Positions 50,701 through 64,000 are shown, counted from the stretch's first letter. The stretch: 64,000 nucleotides of DNA from Phoronis australis (GCA_002633005.1 NMRA01000170.1:62001-126000), one strand, 5' to 3'. Translations and numbers: made by a program. The notes: generated by a model not told the origin, from the letters alone.

Positions 50701-53700
50701 TTAGGGGCATTGCATGAAAAGATCCCTACTTTTTTCAGTAATATTGAGAATTCAACCTAGAGTTCACTCTTGATTTGTATCAAAGCCAAAAATTGACTTA
50801 ATAGTAATGAGTCCCAAACAGCATAAGAAAGGACAATCAGTGTTTTCACAGTCCAACAAATATGCTGTAGATTTTAGGGAACTTAGTCGAGTCCCTGTTT
50901 GGAATTGTTTCATGCAACCAAGCACTGGAGGCTTTAGTTTTCAAAAAAGTTGCTATGGTAATAGCCTAGAATGAAATCAGATGATTTATGACACACTAAA
51001 TTATTTGAAAATTCAGCGTAAAGTATTTGCATTAAAATTTTACTCAAGAACTATTGTCAACTTGTTTTGAAAACTTTAATTGTTCAATCTCACTTTAAAA
51101 AATGTTGCAAGCTTGAGCTATTAAAATTAGTCTAAAGTGACTTTTTTAACATAATTTTTCAGAAAGACAGTGAAGTAAAAATATGTATTAATCAAGTCCT
51201 AGATTTTGTGTGGACTCTTTTTTATTTTGTGTTGCAGGGGTTCTCTTTTAGAAACAGTTTAGGCAGTATTCATTTTACATTTGATTTTGTTGCAGGCGAT
51301 GATAAAAAGATTAAGATCTGGGACTTGAGAATGGGTCAGTTACTTAAGGAGTTCAAAGGTCACACGGACACTATTCATACAATGTCTTTCAATACAGACA
51401 GCACCCTACTGGCATCAGGTACTTACTTGTATTCTTTTTGTATGTTTTTGAGGACTATGAAATGTGGAAGTCTGCGTTTTCTGTATTTATATATTACAGG
51501 GGTTGACTGATCTGGGATTATTTATCGTGAATGACATTGCGTGTATTTTGAGTGGAATAAAATTAAGGTGATGCAGAATTTTAATTTAAAATATTAAAAA
51601 CTTTGGCAAACTGTTCAATATAGCTTGAAATTTAAGGTGCCACTTAGTTGGCATCAGAATTGTATCAAAATTGTGTCTTGTGTGTTCTTAAAAATGATAG
51701 ATCTGAAGGTTGGCACTCTGTAATTGTTGTGGAACAAATCATAAAAAGAACACCATGAACTATGAATTATGTGTTATGTTCTTTTCCTTTAATCCCAGTG
51801 CAGCGCTGTCTTTAAATGTCATTTTTTGGTTCATGTATTGGAGTGGAATCCTCTGTTTTCAAGTTTTAGAGTTACTGTTACACTGGACTGAATTAGCCTA
51901 GTATACTCCGCCTAAACAGAGGTGAAGGTCCATCAAATTTTTTTCACGATTTTGTGAAATGCACATCAAAAGAAATCACGTTTATGGGTGCAAAATACTT
52001 TAGTGTGCTAATACTAACCAAATCAAGTTCCCTTAGGATATTTAGGGAACCATAATTGGTCTTACCCAGTTGTATTTTGCCTCTTTTTACCTGTCTCTAA
52101 CACTGACGAACCAAATCGTCTGCCATCTTGCACTATCAGATTTCCCATCTTCATGTTTTAGGTGGTCTAGACTGTCACATCAGAATATGGAATGTTAGCA
52201 ATCCTGGCAGGTCAGAGTGTCAGTAAGTCTTTTATCTGTAATTTCTTCTCTAATATTGAAAGTGGCCCAGCACGAGCAACTGTGTGGTTGAAGACGGTAA
52301 GCAAGGATAAAAGGATGCTCCGATTTAATCACTTATTAAAGCATAATTTATATACCGTGCTACTTAAGGACACACATGTCAAATCCTTCCATACTGTAAT
52401 AGAAAACAGTTTTCATGCCCTAACACACCATTCATGGCATCGGTCAGTAAAAACGAAATTTTGTCCAAGTGTCATCATTTTTTACAAAATTTGCCAACCC
52501 TTCCAAATTTGAACCAATTTATCTCAATAGGAAACATTCTGCATATAAATCTTTAGCAATGTGAGAACACAAAAGTGTCTTTTGCTCGACCAAATCTCTA
52601 ATTCTGGTGTACAGGACAGGCCGAGTTGACAGGGGTAATCTAGTTGCCAAATTAATTATTGCTCCTCTCACTCGATAGTGACAAATTAAGACTGGTGGCA
52701 AGTAATCAAGTGTGTCTAAGCGATTAGCCTGATGATTTTGAATATTTTTTGCTCTATTTTAAGCCGGCTTTGTGAGTTAAAGGACCACGACTGGCCAGTG
52801 AATCTTAAGTCAATTGTGTTAAACTTCTACATTTTGGTTTTAAAGCCTTTTTGATTAAAGATGTGTTTTTTTAAGTCATTTAATAATTACGTTTAGGTTG
52901 TAAGCAGGGAGAGATATATTTGTTTTAAGCTACATTTTGCTGTGCAAGTTTAGACTTCCCCCAACCCCAATAAACTCTGAAGAGGTTTCATGAGTTGCTG
53001 ATGGCTTCAATATTTTTTATTGGTAATGGAAATGGAATCTCATCACTGTAAAGACCATTAGAAGACTGATTTTATGAGATTAAAAGACCTAATTCAATTT
53101 TCTTTATTTAACCAGCTAAACGGTGAAAGTGCATCTTTAACTGATTGTGCACACTTTCAGACTTTTCATCGGAACTTTACTTTAAAAATCAAGAGACTGT
53201 TTAGAGAAATGCTGCCTTTATCAAGTTGAGTGTTGCAGTGCTTTTAGCAAACTTAATGAGTTGTGTGTTGTTAGATTTATCTAGGGTATTAATGACTTAA
53301 TTAGTAGGTTAATATACTCATTAAGTGGTCTACCATTGATTATTTTGACTGGAACATATCAATTATAAATACGCCACTTCGTGGTTACTAGGCTTTGATT
53401 TTTTGCTTCTTTAATGTCTGTTGCAACAATGTCAATTATGAAATGCCACGTTATGCTAGTAGACTCTCTCTGACTGTGACCGATTGTGTACCACGACTGA
53501 GATCTGTTACATAATACATTATCTTACACTTTGCTCCTATCAGGCTCCCAAATGTCTATTATCAATCTAGTTTCTATACAAATCATCGTCTGTCACATGA
53601 TTAAATATCCAAATTTGCCTTGTACACGTGTTTATAATAGTACAAGATTTTTTTCATAAAACAAATTGGGCTGTAAGAGATATGTGGATTTGAGGTAAAT

Positions 53701-55020
53701 GGTATTAGTAGTTGTTTCAGGTATGTTTTTCCTTATTCTTCTGATATTAATTCTTAGGAATTTTCCTAAAAACAACGAATAACGTTTAGTCGAAAATGAA
53801 TTAAATTCGAAAGCGCGTTTTTTTTGCATATTCTCTGTTTACTTCCTTCACAATTATCNAACACAATTTTATGGTGGTTTGACAAATTTTGATGCCGGAA
53901 ATGTTATTTGTGCGTGACATGAGGTTTTTCAGTTGTTTGCCTATTTTCAACATGGCACTCTGAACGAATTTTAAGCAATTCTGGATTATGCCTTGCAGTG
54001 GAAATTTGAAATTCTTTGAATTATTATCTGGAAATGTACTGATGTTCTCACTTACAAGATATGACCTTGTGTTTTTTCTGGAAACTTCACCTTACTGTCG
54101 GTTCTTGGCAGAAAATATACCCTAGCTTACAATTAAGATTTTTTGGCCAAAAGTGGCTCCTTGTTTTTTTATAGTGAAGTTAAGGGCACACATCCCTACT
54201 AGACAAAAGTACCATTTCCCCCGTGATGATGAAAGCAAATTCTTTTAACAGCAAAAGAGACTGATAATAATAAATATTATGGTGGAAAATTTTTCATTAC
54301 AAAATGGCTTAGCCAACTTCCTGTTAACTCCCCTGTATTCTCAGTCATGAGGAAAGACTACTCTGACTATGAACTCGTCTTCTGTCCAGCGGCCATGATG
54401 AGTCGTTTTGTGTGAATACTTAGACTGCATATATCCACATGCCTCCCATAGTTGCTCCGCAGCAGCGTGTCGTGAGCCTTACTAAAGGTTGACCTTATAT
54501 CATTTAATAGTTGTTCTTTCAAACACCCAACACTGTGCTTGCTCAGAACATCCGTTACAGACAGAACATTTTCCTAAGAAAAAATAATGGCAGGAATCTA
54601 CTGTTAATTGGCTTAATCAGACTTATTTTGATTCATTATTGTACTTGAGATCAAAAATTGTCTTGTAAGGCCATAAAGTGAGACGTGCCCTGTCTGTACC
54701 CAGAAGTTGATGTCTTTTTTATCTGTCTCTTATTGATTGTTCAGTGAATTTTGTATTTTTATGGTTACTTAACTTTAATTATATTTTTATTTGTGTCTCG
54801 TGCCACATTTTTGTGTGATACTGTTCTGGTAAATTTGCTACTGTAGACATGAGGTGATTTCTACTGTTTAACACGTGTTCATGATTGTCCTCTTTTCAGT
54901 CCTGAAGCAACCGTCTCCCCGGAGCTGATGTCGTCATACACTACCAAAACCAGCGTAGTGTCACACCTCAATTTCTCTCGAACAACTTTACTGTATGGGA
55001 TTGGATCATGTGTAGACTGA
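38750..55020 (+). CDS. TAF5L: TAF5-like RNA polymerase II PCAF/SAGA-associated factor (WD40), ~586 aa, 14 coding exons
   Basis: Exons 38750-38818, 41276-41430, 42901-43019, 43797-43926, 45086-45204, 45851-46061, 46989-47165, 47643-47755, 47969-48050, 48524-48635, 49713-49881, 51296-51418, 52162-52222, 54900-55020, all phase-compatible. N-terminus MRRIRNEQIHEIVNGHMKRRKY resembles TAF5L; NTD2 LYPVFVHVYLEL; PSLPSVCFY; WD40 repeats (LRGHSGSVY, FHPNSKYIATGSADRTVRLW). Confidence 0.93.
41040..41176 (-). mobile_element. tRNA-derived SINE
   Basis: Minus strand A-box-like TAGTGTGATAG and B-box GGGTTCGAGTCTC followed by a non-tRNA body; in TAF5L intron 1. Confidence 0.6.
42217..42310. repeat. 17-bp G-rich minisatellite (ACAATGGGAGGGTGTTG) x ~5.5
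   Basis: Direct tandem copies in TAF5L intron 2. Confidence 0.95.
44459..44932. mobile_element. MITE with TIRs and TTAA ends (piggyBac/Kolobok-type target)
   Basis: Left end ttaagtcattttcccattagg..gacttc versus reverse complement of right end ttaaagtcccttcccactagg..gacttc; internal GAAACTTC/GAAGT repeats. Confidence 0.7.
50485..50926. mobile_element. MITE with ~55-bp terminal inverted repeats
   Basis: ttcacgaaacagttccaaataggaactcaactaggttccctaaatct (50495-50541) is near-complementary to 50869-50916. Confidence 0.75.
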
Positions 55021-57426
55021 AAACCGTCACGGACAAACTACATTAGAATGATATGATTGGTTTAAGCTGCTCTGCTGAGAGTAGGGTGCTATAGCAATAG
55101 CTGGTGTACTGTCATGCCAGATATGCGATGATGCATAATTTTTTAGATGAGCGTTTGAATAGAGTCCCACTTTTGGAATTTAAAGTAGACTACTGAAGAG
55201 GATATTTATTATTTTTTTCAACAAGAAAATGAAAACTTTGGTTGCAACATAACTTTAAAAATTGGGTTACGTTTTGTACAATTGTTGATGGCAATGGGTT
55301 AATGTTATTTCGAGTAATACATCAGCAGGTCAAAGGTAAAAATAACAATGAAGCAGTTTATAAAGGTAAAAATAGCACCTATGAGGTCCAGTGTGGCTAC
55401 AGTATAACCATAGAAAAGGGGAAGTATTACCTTGACTTATATAACCACTAAATTTTTGTAACCATTTCGAAATTTAATCCAAACGTTCAACTTGCCATCG
55501 TGTGGAATGGGATGTCTCAAGGTAATAGGCATACTACATGAACAGCACTTAATGTACCTTTAACTTTAGACTGGCTTGCTTTGACTCGTTTGCTGTAATC
55601 AATGAATCGTGTTATAAACTGCCCTGTCCCATATTCTGGAATAGAGAAATGTTGAGATGGCGTTAATTTGTTTTTATGGTCATTTTCAACTGATCTGGGC
55701 TTGCTGAAATACACGTTGTCAGTATACTATCACAAAATGGCTAGAGGACTTCTCTTATGTGTCAACGTGGAAGGTTTACGGCAAATTGTTATATAGGAGT
55801 GTTGCTAGAACTTTGGATCCTTCCGTTGTTGTTACAAATGTTTGATCTCAACTGATACAACTAAACTGAAGCTCAAAACACCAAACAATGGTACAAATGA
55901 TGTAAACATTGGTGATCACCATGTTCTAAGGGCCCACTGCTCCTATAAATGCTCTCAAAGATCAAAACAATAGGCTATCCATAGCGTTGTCTTCTGGACT
56001 GAGTGTTGGTATACACCGTAAGACTGAAATAGGAACAGGTCACTGGGTAAAGCTATAACTTGAAGCTAAATTATGTCTAAGATGTTCAAAACAGAAACCT
56101 TTGGAAATTGAAATTGTAATCAATTATCCAAGATATGAAAGAAACCGGCAAGCAAATGTGTACAAATTCGTCATGAGTCTTACATCATGTAGTTCGACAA
56201 TGGCTTTCTGGCGTTTTGAAAGTAGGTGTCGTGAAAGACTTGGACATACCGAATATAATTTAGAAATTACTATTTGAAAACCAAGCAGGAACAAAATATA
56301 TTATCAAAAAGGAAAAAATGACACTATGACACTCAAACTAAGAGTTGGAAATATGATCAATGAAATGTCCAGGTGAAATGAGAAGACCTGTAAATGGCAA
56401 ACGATATGGGAGTGAGGGGAACAATAATTTGCCCCACCCCATGATCCAACTAACAGAAACTTCGATAGCTGTATTTTTAAAATTTCTCGAGAACTGGTCA
56501 TATTTGGAGCTAAATTTTACGCGCGTTACGCGTTTAGGCTATCATTGTGACTTTGAGGGCGATAAAAAGATGCACTGCCAAAATTGCTCTTTCGGCCTCG
56601 GTACAACGCAAAAACTCTTACCTCGAGCTGCGAAATCCGCAGAAACGTGAGGAAAATAGTATTACACACACAGAACTAAGTATACGGAACATCGTCTCAG
56701 AAACTTGCGTTATTGCATTGATTTTGCATATTTCGGAGAGTGAAAATGAGGCTTAGTTCACTTTATTAGGGTTCATTTGAAGTTCAGTTTATTGGGGTGG
56801 CACTTTGAAAGGTGAGGGTTCGAGGCCTTGGGGCCTGCTTCAAAGACGCTTGTTGAAACACGGGTGGTGGGCGCCTTTCCGGGAGGCAAATGAGGTGGAA
56901 CTGACAGAATGTCGCCAATACGCTTCAAAATTATTCGAATCGCTAATTTCCATCATTGTGGCCTCCCTCCGTGAGTGACCCTTAAAAAGAACGGACACAA
57001 ATAAAAGCAGGAATAGGGTGGCCATAGATGCCCCCGGCCCTCCCACCGTTCCTACGTCCCTGGTAATGAGTGGCCATATTCAGTTATGACGCTAATGCTT
57101 TATCGTAAATGTATTTTATCGAGGTAAAATCACGCTTTGGTGTTGATTTTTTAGACTTATTGCTCATGACGAGTTCGTGTTACTTAGTCATGACGAATTC
57201 AAACCAGTCTGTGTAGGCGGTCATCGTCGGCTGAGAGGACCGACGCCTGCCTCCATGTATGATGGTCCGGAGACTGGCGTCCGAGTCGGTCACGCAAGTA
57301 TCACACGAGTTGAGCATTCAACACTGATCGATCTTTGGATCACTACGTAAACTCTCTTAGATTTCATTTCACAACCGTGCTACATCATCAAGAATCATTC
57401 GTCATTCGCAAGAACAAAAAACGCAA

Positions 57427-57503
57427 TGACGTCACCTTCAACCTGCGTCTGCGTCTTCGACTGAGGAGTGTATAAATTACATTTCGCGGCGAAGAATTCA
57501 GTT
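57427..57503 (+). promoter_or_regulatory. HPGD-like core promoter: CRE + TATA + Inr
   Basis: TGACGTCA 57427-57434; TATAAAT 57471-57477; Inr TTCAGTT 57497-57503 with its A 29 nt after the TATA start. Confidence 0.7.
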
Positions 57504-57567
57504 ATACCAGCTAGTAACTTTGCTATAAGACTACATGTAAAACTGGTGGGAAATTGTGTTAAGGACA

Positions 57568-60500
57568 ATGATCATACAAGACTCGGTGGCACTAGTGACA
57601 GGGGGTGCCCGTGGCATTGGTGAGACGATAGCGGACGCGCTTCTGGAACGAGGTGCCAAGGTAACGGAAAATGTCTTATTATCTCGAACTTAGCTTCACT
57701 TTTCTCTTTCTTTGGAAACTGTTAGATTATCTTTTGGCACAACTCTAAACCAAAGCGTGAAATATATTTGAGCTATGACTAACGATTGGGAGCGATACCA
57801 GTTTTTCCACATGGAGACAATAAAAAATTACTGACCAACCATAGAGTACCTAGTTCTTATCCAAATGCTAGTGAATCGCGTTTTCAGTAGTCTACTAATT
57901 CTTTCTACTTAATTTATCAGACCCAACAAACAAATTCTGGTAAAATTTTACTTCCCCAGTCTCTCGTAAGCTTTTCCATGCATGATAAAGACCCGAAAAT
58001 TGAATAATTTTGGAAGTTTTATCTTGAATTGTCGAGATCATTTATAACCAGGTTACGCTCTATGACCGGTACTCCAAAAACCGAAAAGTCTATCACGTAC
58101 CTGTCGACGGAGAGCTGAAATAGCTCAGTCTTTAAGGTTATGTAAGACCTTATCGACATGTTTGTGCATTTAGCAAAATATTTAGAAACTATAGATTTTA
58201 ACTCACATATTCAAATATACATTTTCTAGGTTCAAAGTCTTTATAATTTGGTTATTGACTTTTCACCAATCTGTTATTAGTTGGGTCCTGTGACCATGTC
58301 ATTTCACTAAAGTTTCCAAAAGTGCATGCATAAGCCAAACAACATTATCAATAACATGATCAAAATTTATTTGATATAAATGTTCAAGGTGAGATATCAA
58401 AAACACTGTTACAGTTTTCCAAAATCTCGTTTCGCTTTGTGCAACTTTGAAAATCATGAAAGCCCTATTTTTGGTAGCCTCTCGTACAAAAATGAAACAT
58501 TTTAAAAACAAATCCTAATAACGATAGTTAGAACAGTGCAGAATGTATGATATCTGAAAGTTTCATATGAATCCAAGCGGCCATCTCTGAGATATGATGT
58601 TTCAAAGTCATCCAAATTTGGCCATTTTTACAGGGTCCTACATAAAGTTAAACGAGAACATCAGACTGCTTTCCATCGGATGTTGTGAACTCACACGTGT
58701 AAATCTATTATAGAGCAATTGTAGGCTCTGTCTTCGTTATGGTCAAAAGTTTATGAATGTGAGACGTTTACAAAAGACAGTTCTAATGTAGTTCGCCTTC
58801 AGCTTCTCAACCTTCTAATTGTTTCTGGTATCTATACTTCTACCGTTGGAGTGCCGTCATACGTGTATGCCGTGAATGTTAGACGCAACAGGAATTCACA
58901 AGTCATACCTGTGCACACCTGTGCGGTGATCGACATCATTTTTGTGCCAAGAGAGTTGAAATATTTTCTTCAGTGGCTTACGAGCTCGGCTGGCAGTAAT
59001 AAACGTGTCCAAAACGATAATATTTGGGGGAGCAAAAATTGAAGTAGATACAGGCCTCATGGATGTTGGATGTGTGGGGCCCCTAAGCTTTAACTTAGCT
59101 TAATAGCCCTTATCCGACACCATTGCAGGAGTCCATAATTACCTAGATCTCTCCTGAATCCTAATCACTTGACAATCATATCTACTTCAAGTAATGTTAT
59201 CGAGGAAAAGACGGATGCAAACCGATTCAACGTTCACAATTTGGCTGTATACCAAATGTATGTACCCTTCCCTTGACTGAAAGCATTCATCGCCATGTTT
59301 CTACTGAATCAGTCATATACCATATGTTAGCAGATTTTAAAAATGGGTTAATAGCAAACTTAATCTGAAAATTTGTCGAAAATTCAAGTCAAAAGTAGAT
59401 TACGAGTTATGAGAGCCATTTTGGAAAGCATTGTTGTTACTGGAGAGGTCACCCTCGTTTTAATTATTTCAATAAATAAATAAATAAATCTACTCTAAAC
59501 AATGTTGCGTATGTAGGCTTAAATAATGAACTAAAAGATAGTGTTTTCATTTAAACTGATCCCCAAACAATGGTATTTCAACACGCAATCAATTGTTTTA
59601 TAAACAGTCAGGACTAAATTATGATTTTTTGAATTTCTGGTAATGCACTTAAAATATTGGCTGCCACGGTTGAACCTGAATTTCACTTTTTAAGAATTGT
59701 TAATAAAAAAAAACTCAAATACATGCAAGATAGTTAAACACAAAATGTTTCTGTCTCTTGTACCATGAAACTCTCTGTGTTCTAAATTGGTGAATATGAA
59801 GGAGATTACTAAATGACTGCCGAGGTCCATATGTTGTGTCTCAATTCGTTGCGGAGTGTAAAACGATTAATTTCTTTCACCAGCCCGGAGTTTCTTTGAT
59901 ATCGTGGCATGTCGATTATATCTGTAACACAGTTTGTTTTCTCATATTACGTTATCTTTCGTGATCCAATGTAGTGGAATGGGCGGTTATTTGTGTCGGT
60001 GTCAGCCATTTTTGGCTCTTTCTGTGCCCGCTATCACACACACAATACGAATGCAATGACTTACGAATGCCTGATGTCTGTTGTAAACCCTAAATTATCC
60101 AAGCACAGTTGTCATGGAATTTTATATCAAAATACATCTGAATTAAAATTTTATACATGTTTACCTACAAAACTTTTTAAAACACGGTGGTCTTACCTTT
60201 TGACTTGCTAAATTGAACAAAATCTTTCCCGGTACATATTTAGATCTCCCATTGTACATGTATAAAACACATGCGGCTGTCTCAGTTAAGATTGAATGAA
60301 AAATAGAACAGATTTTGGTAGTAACCTGATTTTTCTGGGTTGACCATTAGTTGTTTACGGTATATATGCTATTTGGTCATTAATTTGAAGAATAACTTTC
60401 TTTCACGATATAATTGTAGGGACATGAGCAAAGGCGATTGTTTGTTTGCTTTTAACAAATGAGGCTATCAAATACTGAACAGGCGTCAAAATCAATGTGG

Positions 60501-62880
60501 GTTATCACCACTTTTTGTATTTACTAGACACAATGGATGTATTAGCGATCAGTTAATTGTCTGCCTATCTCTCCCAATACACTTGGCAACACATTTGAAA
60601 TTTTACATAACCAGATAACTTCCACATATCTGTCAAGTATCAACTTGGGATCACGTGACCACGGTGATAAAAGACCACTCAACGTCATTTGTACATAGCC
60701 TCTGTCCCTGTATAACATCGTGTATAAGTTACTACGCTAAGTGCGATAGATATTCTAATTTCATTTTTGTATGCCAAGCAAAATGGAGTTCATCTTTGAT
60801 GTTCACGTCACTTAGTGTCTTACTAATGAATAAATGATTAAACGGGCATATAAGATGCCTCGTATCAAATTGATCAATCGGTCATTGTTGTCTTTATTCG
60901 TTAATACTTGCTCTCTCTTGAGACGTGTTTGTTTGGAACGTCTGTCGTGTTTTGAAAGTTATCATTCAGACCGTTGTTGAAGTGCATGGTTGTTTGAAAA
61001 TAGGGCGAGTCTGCATTGAGCGCCAAACGTTGAAAATATTGGTATATAAGACGGTATGCACTGTAAAGGTGATACGCGAATGCTACTAACGGGACATTGT
61101 CGTGTTTACTGCCAAAATCGCTTATTGGGGATAATTGTTGGATGGGGTAGACTTCTTAAAGTTGCTAAATTCGACCAGAGCTGTAAAACAATAAAAAGTG
61201 CTGCATTTTCATGGTTTTATTATAAATAGCAAATTCTCGCCGAAATCGAGGCTAGCGACTTTTCCAGTTGAGCACGCTTCAAATACCCTCTCAAAAACTG
61301 AGTATAATTCAACTCGGCCAGTACAGCGTTTGACTACCTCGCCAAAGTTTTAGGTTTGATTACGAGCTGGGACTGGTTTCAAAAACAAGATTTTCTCGCC
61401 GATAATATAACTTTAACGCTTTTGCGCAAATTCCCGTTGCTATTTAAAAAGGATCGCCAAGACCTCTACTAGCAGCGTGAAAGGGTCGCATTCCTAATCT
61501 GATATCCAAATCAGCTATAGCTATTTGTCTTCAGTGAGATAAGAACAGTTGCTGTTCAGATTTTCTAAAGCGACTTTATTACCTTCTCAGGCTCTTGTTG
61601 ACTTATTAATTTACCGAACAATTTAACCGCCATCAGAGAAGTTCAACACTTCCGCCCTTCAGTCATCTTCGGTTAGTGAAGACTGATTAACAGCAGATTA
61701 ACATAGTTCTGGCTCCAGCAATTCGGATAATTTATAAAACACAGAACTAAGCCAATTCACAACGTGGCCGTCATGATTTACCTGTGTCTTATGTGTGTAG
61801 ACCATAAAGTATTTTTGAAAATATTGAAAATGCAAAATGGTATACTTTCAAAACAATGTTTTTTCATGTTATATGAAAGGCAATTGCGCGATCAAAATAA
61901 TTGGTGTACGAGTATCAAACATTTGCTGTATACAACTGGTTTCGGTCATGTACGGTTGAACCAGAGTTGGTGATGCACGATATTTTTGTCGGAATTCAAA
62001 CAAAGGTTGAGAGATGTCAAGAGAGGTGTATGCACGTAATTCTTTATAATAACCTTGAACAAATTGTTGAAAGCAAAAAAATGAGCAACCTCTCACTGAA
62101 CATTTATAAACGACGCCTCGTAAAATACTGACAAGTCGGAAGCACTTATTAAGTGTCCTGTTTCAATTTTTGCATATTGCTAATGTTCAAGGAAAGTTGA
62201 GAATGGGCAAACACCGAAGAACTTTCGTTGAGAGATTGTTGTGTGATTCTAAAAATAGCCAAAGAAGAGAACGTAATCATGCACGTCAGGAATTTGTGTC
62301 AGTTCGAAGATCACATGTGGCACTTCCTATGAGATGCATTTTGCCGCCTATTTTAGCACTTGGTGTCTCTAGTGTGCGCATTCTGTTGGATTTTTGAATA
62401 TGATTCAAGACACTTAGGATAGACTCCAGTTCTAACTATAAACGGTAAACTCGAATACTTCATGACGTTGATGGTGATGTTTGTCGATGACGACGTCGAC
62501 GACGACGACGACAACGACGACGACGACGACGATGATGATAACGATGATGGCGATGGTGGCTGTGATGATGTACTACATATTTTGCATCATATTTTTGGGT
62601 AATGCTGTTCTACGCCATGACACAGGAAATGTGAAATGAAATTGACTTATTAAAGGAATTTCAAAACTGGATATGACACGAACACATGTAGTAATCGGAG
62701 TGGACAAATTCTTAAGTTTGATATAATTTTACTCGCCATTTTGAATATGATTATTTCAGGTTTGTATAGTTGATATTCTCGACGCAGGTCGAGCCACAAG
62801 CAAATCATTCGAATCAAAATATGGTGAAGGACGAGTGATGTTTGTTCAAGCGGATGTGACGTCTAAGGAGGAACTGGAAG
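57568..62880 (+). CDS. HPGD: 15-hydroxyprostaglandin dehydrogenase-like classical SDR, exons 1-2 (gene continues beyond the window)
   Basis: Exon 57568-57660 MIIQDSVALVTGGARGIGETIADALLERGAK|gtaacg (TGxxxGIG Rossmann motif; intron after GAK as in HPGD) and exon 62760-62880 VCIVDILDAG..KYGEGRVMFVQADVTSKEELE|gtaatg. Confidence 0.85.
61780..62400 (+). mobile_element. Degenerate non-LTR (LINE) ORF2 3' fragment
   Basis: Frameshifted remnants FLKILKM..SKQCFFMLY..NNWCTSIKHLLYTTGFGHVRLNQ and LRMGKHRRTFVERLLC resemble the post-RT C-terminus of CR1/L2-group elements. Confidence 0.7.
62486..62570. repeat. (GAC)n/(GAT)n compound microsatellite
   Basis: Trinucleotide run just 3' of the LINE relic; intronic. 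Confidence 0.9.
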
Positions 62881-63453
62881 GTAATGGTTTGAGTATACAG
62901 GGCCATCGCTCACCAGATGGGAAAGGGTGATGTATCTTCTGAGAGGGAAATTATTAGATGGAGGGGAAAATCCCCGGGCCCCACCAATGCCACATTCCAT
63001 TCTCCGTCGCCACTCTTCATCGGCATTGCCTCAAGTAACCAAACTGGCTCGAACCTTGAGTGGAGTTTTCATCATTGCAGGGGAATTTCTGTGCGTGATG
63101 AGGGGTATTTCAAGTAATTTTTAAATGGTTGTCGTATGGAAATGAGGTCAGTATCCGGTCCCAAGATCGAGGCATCCGGTCAATAAACTAGCCCAGAACA
63201 TACATGCGCAAAACTAGATTTTTTCTTTTATGTTAGGCCACACAAGCCATTTCATTTTCCATAAGTAATTGCATGTCATCGTAGCATTTTCAACTGGTTG
63301 CTCTGATAATACGTCCCAGATCTGATAGGACACGCAATGCACTGGAGTGTGTCTGGTTGTGGATCGAGATAAAAACGTATTGTGCGCCTATTTCAGTTTA
63401 GTGGCGTTATTTGCACTTGCAGTTCGTATTGATAATCCTGCATGTATACATTA

Positions 63454-63700
63454 CATGCGCGCACACAGGGGTGGGGGTGGCTCGAGGGGGGGGGCGAAGT
63501 ATACAAAAAGGTCCGCTTCAGAGAAACAAAAACTCCGAAATAAAGTAGAAAATGAGACAAAAGTCCACTAAAAAGCATGAACTACCAAAAGTCGACGAAT
63601 GCACAATTCATAGCTCTGAACGCTCCCCGTGAATCTTAGTAAAAGGTTCACAATCTCAAAAATTCGAGCCCCCCAATTTTTAAGGCTGGGTGCGTGCATG
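63454..63700. mobile_element. MITE with 15-bp TIRs and a 5-bp target-site duplication (CATTA)
   Basis: Left catgcgcgcacacag versus reverse complement of right end catgcacgcacccag (13/15); CATTA at 63449-63453 and 63701-63705. Confidence 0.75.
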
Positions 63701-64000
63701 CATTATACAAGTCCGTTAATAGCCGAGAACAAAACCCTTGTCTATACTTACAAGTTGTCACGATATTTGTAATTAAGATTGCATGCCATCGTTATATGCT
63801 GTATCAAAAAAGCAACCCAGAGAGTTCCTTTATGACACTCGAGGGAGCAATTACTTATGGAAAATGAAATGGCTTGTGTGGCCTAACATAAAAGAAAATC
63901 AAAGATATTAGTATCTGAACGAAACTGAAAAGATCTGCGGGTGTTGTATTGGCCAAAGTATCACGAAACTACGTTTTGCTCATCAAATCTCTATCCACGT

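Noticed and set aside
38750-55020. Calling the WD40 gene TAF5
   Set aside because: The N-terminus, ~586-aa length and short NTD2-WD40 linker fit TAF5L better.
62486-62570. Poly-Asp coding exon
   Set aside because: No splice sites, and HPGD-like exons 1 and 2 already join in frame without it.

Overview
Intron-rich, AT-rich animal genomic DNA, probably a marine invertebrate (taxon is inference: squalene synthase is present and exon structures are vertebrate-like), with an 864-N assembly gap at 12517-13380. Five protein-coding loci were reconstructed by hand from GT-AG exons. (1) The 3' part of a large type-I membrane protein on + (EGF repeats, LamG/pentraxin, HYR, sushi, furin site, three GCC2/GCC3 repeats, two sushi, mucin VNTR, SEA, EGF, TM, PPxY tail), resembling Uninflatable/SVEP1. 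(2) An unrecognised 256-aa gene with two coding exons on -. (3) Complete squalene synthase FDFT1 on -. (4) Complete TAF5L on +, head-to-head with FDFT1. (5) The first two exons of an HPGD-like SDR on +. Introns carry MITEs, tRNA-derived SINE fragments, a LINE relic and simple repeats. There is no CRISPR or prokaryotic system. The best leads are the receptor architecture, a tandem duplication of a splice acceptor, the orphan gene with a repeat-flanked TATA/first-exon cassette, and an SREBP/NF-Y module in the shared FDFT1-TAF5L promoter.
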